DNA from: Alphaproteobacteria bacterium
Lineage (GTDB): Bacteria > Pseudomonadota > Alphaproteobacteria > CAAHEQ01 > UBA3637
Length of the DNA stretch: 64,000 nt
Assembly (NCBI GenBank): GCA_017467335.1
Contig: JAFTSJ010000027.1
Location: 109-64,108, forward strand
Reading direction: 5' to 3'
Shown here: piece after piece, positions 39,598 through 44,658 of the stretch
Layout of the letters: the number at the start of each line of letters is the position of its first letter
Position numbering within the stretch: the first letter of the stretch is position 1
Notes under the pieces: model-generated
Databases searched by the model: none
What the model was told of the DNA's origin: nothing
What the model saw: only the letters and a program-made list of their open reading frames with translations
Made by a program: the position numbers and the translations under genes

Positions 39598-39981
39598 ATG
39601 AAAAAAATTATTGTACATTATGATTTGGAAACAAAAACGTGTGATGTTGCAGACGTAACACCGCAAAATACATTGTTGTTTCCCGATAAACCAATTGTTG
39701 AATGTGGTCAAGATTGGCGAGGTTGGTGGTATAAAGAATCTGAAATACCATCAAAGCCTGTAACTGTTCTGGAAGAAGAAGTACGAAAAAAAAGAGATAA
39801 TTATTTAAAAAAATATGTCGATTGTATTCAATTGGTATTACGATGGGAAACATTAACATCATCGGAACGCGAACAATATCGATTATATCGACAATATCTT
39901 TTGGATATTCCGCAACAAGCACAATTTCCGCAAATAACCGTTTTAACGTTTGACGAATGGTGTCAACATCCGTCAATTTGA
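39598..39981 (+). CDS. Tail-fibre assembly chaperone-like protein
   Basis: 127 aa, directly abutting the fibre gene. The C-terminal pattern RWETLTSSEREQYRLYRQYLLDIPQQAQFPQ resembles Tfa/DUF4376-type chaperones. Confidence 0.55.
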   Translation: MKKIIVHYDLETKTCDVADVTPQNTLLFPDKPIVECGQDWRGWWYKESEIPSKPVTVLEEEVRKKRDNYLKKYVDCIQLVLRWETLTSSEREQYRLYRQYLLDIPQQAQFPQITVLTFDEWCQHPSI

Positions 39982-40128
39982 TACATTTTCCAAAAAAGAA
40001 GTTGTTTTTTGAAAAATTTTCCCTTGGTAAAAAGAATTGTGAAAAAACAAAAAAAATAAAAAATTATTAACTAATTTTTCATACTTTTTTGTGAGAATAA
40101 AAGCACTATTTGTCAAGAGGAAAAAATC

Positions 40129-42006
40129 GTGTTTAACATTGGAAAGATAAACCATAAATTTTTGATGATTGGTTTAGGACTTGTATGTCTGATAGGGGTT
40201 GGTTATTTCAGCCCCTCGTTGCGATTAGATACGATAACGCCCAATCATCATGAAAATTTTATTAAGCAAATTTCCAAACAGCATTTTTCGGATGCGGTTG
40301 TTTCCACTTTTCCGGATTATGATTATCATTTGTCTGAAATGGCTCAACGGGCATTAAGTGTCTATACCAATTCAGAAAATATCCATGTTATCGTTCGAAC
40401 GGATTTGTCTGTCAGTCATGAAGATACGGTTCGCCGAGATGTTTTCCCTGAAACATCGGTGATTCGCCGTCAATTGACGACAACACAAGAAAATAATGTT
40501 GTGATTAAAGATGCGACATACGATTATTCTACCGTTACAACAAAAACGCAAGCCTATTATTATCATATTAAAAAGATGAATGTATTGATTTTTTTGACAC
40601 AACATCAGCAATCATCGCTTGTCTTTGATAAATCTAAAATTCAAGAAATTATACAAACATCAATCGGATATGATATAAATCGAGGCGATTTGTTGCGGTT
40701 GATAGAAATACCGCATTCAATCAGTCATATGACCTTTACAAATAATCGTAACATACAAATTCGACAAATTTTTGCCATTATTTTTATGTGTTTGTTGGGT
40801 ATTCTTATTGTTAGTGGTGTTTTGATACCGCTATGTATTTCATTGGGACGTAAGCAACCGGTTATGTGTCAAAAAGCATTTGCACAAAAAGATGGTTATC
40901 ATCATCAAATCGTTGGACATATGGAAGAAAATTTAATTTTAAAAGCCCAAGATTTGTGCATGCGTATGCCCGAAGCAGCCGTTAATATCCTACGTAATTG
41001 GTTGTCATGGGAAAATCGTAAAAATAAAGAAAACGGCTCTTTTTCACCGGCTCAAAAGGCTGCCATTGTTTTACTGTGTTTGGGAGATAATTGCATTCGT
41101 CATTTGTTTAAAAAAATGACGGACACTGAAATTTTTTCTTTATCTCGTTTAATGGCTTCATTGGGTCAAGTTAAAGCCATAGAAATTCAACCGATTCTTT
41201 TATCTTTTTGTCATTCTATGAATGAACCGCAGGATATTCGAGAAACGAAACCGTTGATTGAAACAGTGATAAGAAATACGTTGCCGATTGATAAAGCGGC
41301 TGTTTTGTTAAAAGAATTGAAAATTCAAACGACACAAAAAACAATTTGGGATAAAGTTAATCAAGTACCGACTTCTCATTTAAGTTCTTTTTTATTGCAG
41401 GAATATCCGCAAACATCAGCTGTTATTTTGTATCACTTGACAACGGAAAAAGCCGCAGCGGTTTTGGCGGAAATGGATGCAAAAACAGGGGCTCAAATTT
41501 TATTAAGGTTAAGTTCTTTGCAATATATGGATAAAAATAATATTCATATGATTGAATTGAATTTAGAAAAACAAATAGATTCATTGATGAAGCGGGTCAA
41601 TGGTGTCGGGGAGAAAAAAGCCTCGGCCATATTAAGTTTGCTTGACAAAAAAACACAAGGGCGTTATATATCGTCATTAGAACGATTATCTCCGCAAACA
41701 GTTGGTGTACTTGAAAAAAATATTTTGAATTTTGATGATTTGGCTCATTGGCATTCTAAGGATTTAATTATCTTATTAAAGCACATTGACAATCAAACAT
41801 TGGTTTTGGCTTTATCGAATGCTCGTAATGCGACAAAAGAAGCGTTTTCTCGGGTTATTTCACCTCAAAAATGGAGTAAAATGCTAAATCAAATGCGACA
41901 AATGCCAATCGGTAAAATAGAAGATATTGATATGTCACAACGAGCCGTTATTCGTATTGCTCAACAATTGATAGAAAGTAAAAAATGTAAAGGAACAATA
42001 ATATGA
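40129..42006 (+). CDS. Natural FliF(shortened)-FliG fusion protein
   Basis: GTG start behind an AGAGGA RBS. Order of parts: TM1; a periplasmic part of about 185 aa ending KIQEIIQTSIGYDINRGDLLRLIEIP (the FliF motif that precedes TM2); TM2; the FliF tail motif EAAVNILRNWLSW; then a complete FliG (AAIVLLCLGDNCIRHLFKKMTDTEI..., EYPQ, C-terminal domain). Confidence 0.8.
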   Translation: MFNIGKINHKFLMIGLGLVCLIGVGYFSPSLRLDTITPNHHENFIKQISKQHFSDAVVSTFPDYDYHLSEMAQRALSVYTNSENIHVIVRTDLSVSHEDTVRRDVFPETSVIRRQLTTTQENNVVIKDATYDYSTVTTKTQAYYYHIKKMNVLIFLTQHQQSSLVFDKSKIQEIIQTSIGYDINRGDLLRLIEIPHSISHMTFTNNRNIQIRQIFAIIFMCLLGILIVSGVLIPLCISLGRKQPVMCQKAFAQKDGYHHQIVGHMEENLILKAQDLCMRMPEAAVNILRNWLSWENRKNKENGSFSPAQKAAIVLLCLGDNCIRHLFKKMTDTEIFSLSRLMASLGQVKAIEIQPILLSFCHSMNEPQDIRETKPLIETVIRNTLPIDKAAVLLKELKIQTTQKTIWDKVNQVPTSHLSSFLLQEYPQTSAVILYHLTTEKAAAVLAEMDAKTGAQILLRLSSLQYMDKNNIHMIELNLEKQIDSLMKRVNGVGEKKASAILSLLDKKTQGRYISSLERLSPQTVGVLEKNILNFDDLAHWHSKDLIILLKHIDNQTLVLALSNARNATKEAFSRVISPQKWSKMLNQMRQMPIGKIEDIDMSQRAVIRIAQQLIESKKCKGTII

Positions 42007-42971
42007 AACTGAAAACGTTTTTTGCAGATAGCATTCCTTCGGCCATGAGTGAAATTCGGCAAGTATTTGGTGAAAAGGCTGTTATTGTTTCTTCTTTTCG
42101 TACAAATGATAAAGGAGTGCGGTTAATTGTAGCGACTCAAGAACAAGACATGTTTTTTAACAGTCCCATTCAAGATGAAATGCACAAAAGCAAACAACGC
42201 CGGATATTTTTTAAAAATATCCTTTCTCATCGCCATTTGTCAGATGAATATATTGAACGGTTGGTTAATGCCGTAGCTCGTAAGAGCATTAAGACATCGG
42301 AAGACAAATTATTATCACGAGCATTATCGGAAATGTACACCTATAAATCAATTGAACCGTTAAAAAAAAACGGATTGTATGTTTTTATGGGTACAGCAGG
42401 ATGTGGTAAAACAACAGTTGTATCTAAATTGGCTTTTCATGCAAAAATGCTTAAAATGAAAACCGCTCTCGTTACATTAGATACACACAAATCAATGCAA
42501 TCAAATGAATTGATTCGATATGCCCGTTTAATGCAGATGCCTTGCAAAATTGTGCATGAATGGGATAAGTTAAATGAAACCGTAACGATGTTAAGATTAA
42601 ATCATGATTTGATACTGATTGATACGCCATCATTTAATCCCTATCGTTCAGAAGATATGTTACGGATGAATGTGATAAAGACGCAATTATCTGATGCAGA
42701 ATTAGTTTATGTTCAATCGGCCGGATTAGATTGTCATGAAGCTCAAGGACAAGGGGCTGTTTTTTCTCATAACGGTTGTACGGAAATGATTGTTACAAAA
42801 GTTGATATATCCGCCAGTTACGGTGGTTTTTTGCAAAGTGCTTTATTTAGTGCTTTTCGTTTGGGTGGTTTATCTACATCATCGCAAGTAACGGAATATA
42901 TACAAGAAATAACACCGGATAAGTTGGCTTCTTTGTTAAAAAATGGTATTTCAGAAGGGGAAGATGAATGA
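42003..42971 (+). CDS. flhF: SRP-type GTPase FlhF (short, with divergent G motifs)
   Basis: G1 GTAGCGKTT, LDTHKS, DTPS in place of DTAG, TKVD. It overlaps the upstream gene by 4 nt. Confidence 0.8.
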   Translation: MKLKTFFADSIPSAMSEIRQVFGEKAVIVSSFRTNDKGVRLIVATQEQDMFFNSPIQDEMHKSKQRRIFFKNILSHRHLSDEYIERLVNAVARKSIKTSEDKLLSRALSEMYTYKSIEPLKKNGLYVFMGTAGCGKTTVVSKLAFHAKMLKMKTALVTLDTHKSMQSNELIRYARLMQMPCKIVHEWDKLNETVTMLRLNHDLILIDTPSFNPYRSEDMLRMNVIKTQLSDAELVYVQSAGLDCHEAQGQGAVFSHNGCTEMIVTKVDISASYGGFLQSALFSAFRLGGLSTSSQVTEYIQEITPDKLASLLKNGISEGEDE

Positions 42972-43756
42972 CACAGACAAATGATTTTAAAGGTGCCAAA
43001 GAAATTTATCAACGGCTTGACGGAAAAAACATGATTGCGATTGCTTCCGGCAAGGGTGGTGTCGGAAAAACATTTTTAGCAATAGCATTGGCTCAATCTT
43101 TTGCTGATAAAGGGCAACGGGTTTTGTTGTTTGATGGTGATTTAGGGTTAGCCAATGTGGATATACAGTTAGGGATTAACACAACGCATGATCTTCAACA
43201 TGTTTTTCAAGGTAAAATGCCAATGAATCAAGCTGTGTTTCATGACGAAGCATTAGGATTTGATATTTTATCCGGTCATTCTGGCGTACAATCATTATGC
43301 GGTTTGACACATGGTCAATTACAATTATTACGGGATGATTTGTATATTTTGGCTCAACATTACGACAAAGTCATTATTGATTTGGGAACCGGAATTGATA
43401 AAACATTAACTTTTCTGGCCGGTTGTGGTGGTATTGTTTTAATTATGTGTAATGATGAACCAACATCATTAGCTGATGCGTATGCTTTTATTAAAATTCT
43501 TTCTGATTCTGAAAAATCTCCACAGATTAAAATTATTGTTAATGGAGCCAATACATTTAAAGAAGGTGAACGCACTTTTCAAACATTATCGAAGGCTTGC
43601 CAAAATTTTTTGAATGTTGAATTGGTGTTAGGCGGTGTTTTACATCAAGATTCACATGTTAAGGAAAGTATTAAAATGCAAACGCCGTTGTTGTCATCGT
43701 TTCCCCAATCCGTTGTTGCGGAAGATATTAAAAAATTGGTTGAAACTTTGGTTTAA
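42968..43756 (+). CDS. flhG: MinD/ParA-type ATPase FlhG (FleN)
   Basis: Deviant Walker A IASGKGGVGKT and FDGDLGLANV. Follows flhF with a 4-nt overlap. Confidence 0.85.
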   Translation: MTQTNDFKGAKEIYQRLDGKNMIAIASGKGGVGKTFLAIALAQSFADKGQRVLLFDGDLGLANVDIQLGINTTHDLQHVFQGKMPMNQAVFHDEALGFDILSGHSGVQSLCGLTHGQLQLLRDDLYILAQHYDKVIIDLGTGIDKTLTFLAGCGGIVLIMCNDEPTSLADAYAFIKILSDSEKSPQIKIIVNGANTFKEGERTFQTLSKACQNFLNVELVLGGVLHQDSHVKESIKMQTPLLSSFPQSVVAEDIKKLVETLV

Positions 43757-43760
43757 TATT

Positions 43761-44249
43761 TTAAAAAAAAGGATTATATGCCCACTGTAATAAAGCTTGT
43801 CGTTGTTTTAAACGACACGTGGTATCAAAAGGTAAACAATTATTCAAAATTTGTGCTTTATGTCGTTTAAACGCTTTCCAACGGCGAATTTGAATGGCAT
43901 CAATATTGTGAAGACGTCTTCCCATATAATAGCGACAATACCATTGAAACCATCCCCGTACATCCGGTCCGATAATCCACCCTTTTTGTTGCCAGATTTG
44001 AAGAGATTGGCGGGATTTAATATGAAAACAATTACATTTAATATCCGGCTTATCGGATAATTTTGCATTTTGAAACCAATGCTGTGGAAATTCATGTTGG
44101 CAATCGGTCATATAATGTCCTTCAAAGATACCCATTGAAAGCATTTCTTGGGGCGTTAATTCAGGTTGAAAATCGGGGCTGAAATTTTGTCCGATTGGTT
44201 CAGAATAGTCATAAATATAATCTTGTTGCATTTTATCATGAACAATCAT
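43761..44249 (-). CDS. Conserved-looking hypothetical protein (Trp/Cys-rich, no export signal)
   Basis: 162-aa ORF with a GGAGGA RBS. Contains the distinctive segment GWIIGPDVRGWFQWYCRYYMGRRLHNIDAIQIRRW. I could not assign a family. Confidence 0.6.
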   Translation of the reverse strand: MIVHDKMQQDYIYDYSEPIGQNFSPDFQPELTPQEMLSMGIFEGHYMTDCQHEFPQHWFQNAKLSDKPDIKCNCFHIKSRQSLQIWQQKGWIIGPDVRGWFQWYCRYYMGRRLHNIDAIQIRRWKAFKRHKAQILNNCLPFDTTCRLKQRQALLQWAYNPFF

Positions 44250-44450
44250 AAGTCCTCCTTTTTTAAGAAGATAGGTAAGACAAAGGATAAATAAAAGTCT
44301 TTTGTTGATTTTTGGTTATATTTTTATCATTATTTTTTATTTTAAGAGATACAACATGGGTAAAATAAATACCCCAAAAACCGTTTGAAATTTTTTAAAA
44401 CGGGAAAAATAAAAAATAAATCAAATCAATATGTTAACTTGAAAAAATAT

Positions 44451-44476
44451 GTCAAAAAAACGTCCCTTTTTTTGAC
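44451..44476. repeat. Hairpin repeat copy 1 (GTC-A7-CGTCCC-T7-GAC)
   Basis: Read directly: gtcaaaaaaacgtccctttttttgac. Confidence 0.8.
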
Positions 44477-44579
44477 ATAATATTTCATATCATTTCGTTT
44501 GTCAACTAAAATTTGTAATTATTTGATTTTTAATTATTTTTTCATTTTTAAAAAAGTGTACCCCTTACCAAAAAAAAGC

Positions 44580-44605
44580 GTTCAAAAAAGGGACGTTTTT
44601 TTGAC
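44580..44605. repeat. Hairpin repeat copy 2, in inverted orientation relative to copy 1
   Basis: gttcaaaaaagggacgtttttttgac equals the reverse complement of copy 1 at 24 of 26 positions. A 103-nt AT-rich spacer lies between the copies. Confidence 0.8.
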
Positions 44606-44658
44606 ACATTTTTGAAAAATAACCGTCTGATTTTATTAACTTTTAAAATGGGGGTTCT

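Noticed and set aside
40030-40060. Possible sigma-54 promoter (ttGGtaaaaagaatTGt) upstream of the FliF-FliG gene
   Set aside because: The spacing between the GG and the TG/GC element is off by one, and the -12 element is GT rather than GC. This is too weak to call. I also saw no sigma-28 consensus.
36719-44249. Intact prophage or integrated element around the tail-fibre genes
   Set aside because: No integrase, terminase, capsid, portal, baseplate, sheath or lysis genes and no att-like direct repeats were seen. Only the four-gene fibre cassette is phage-like.
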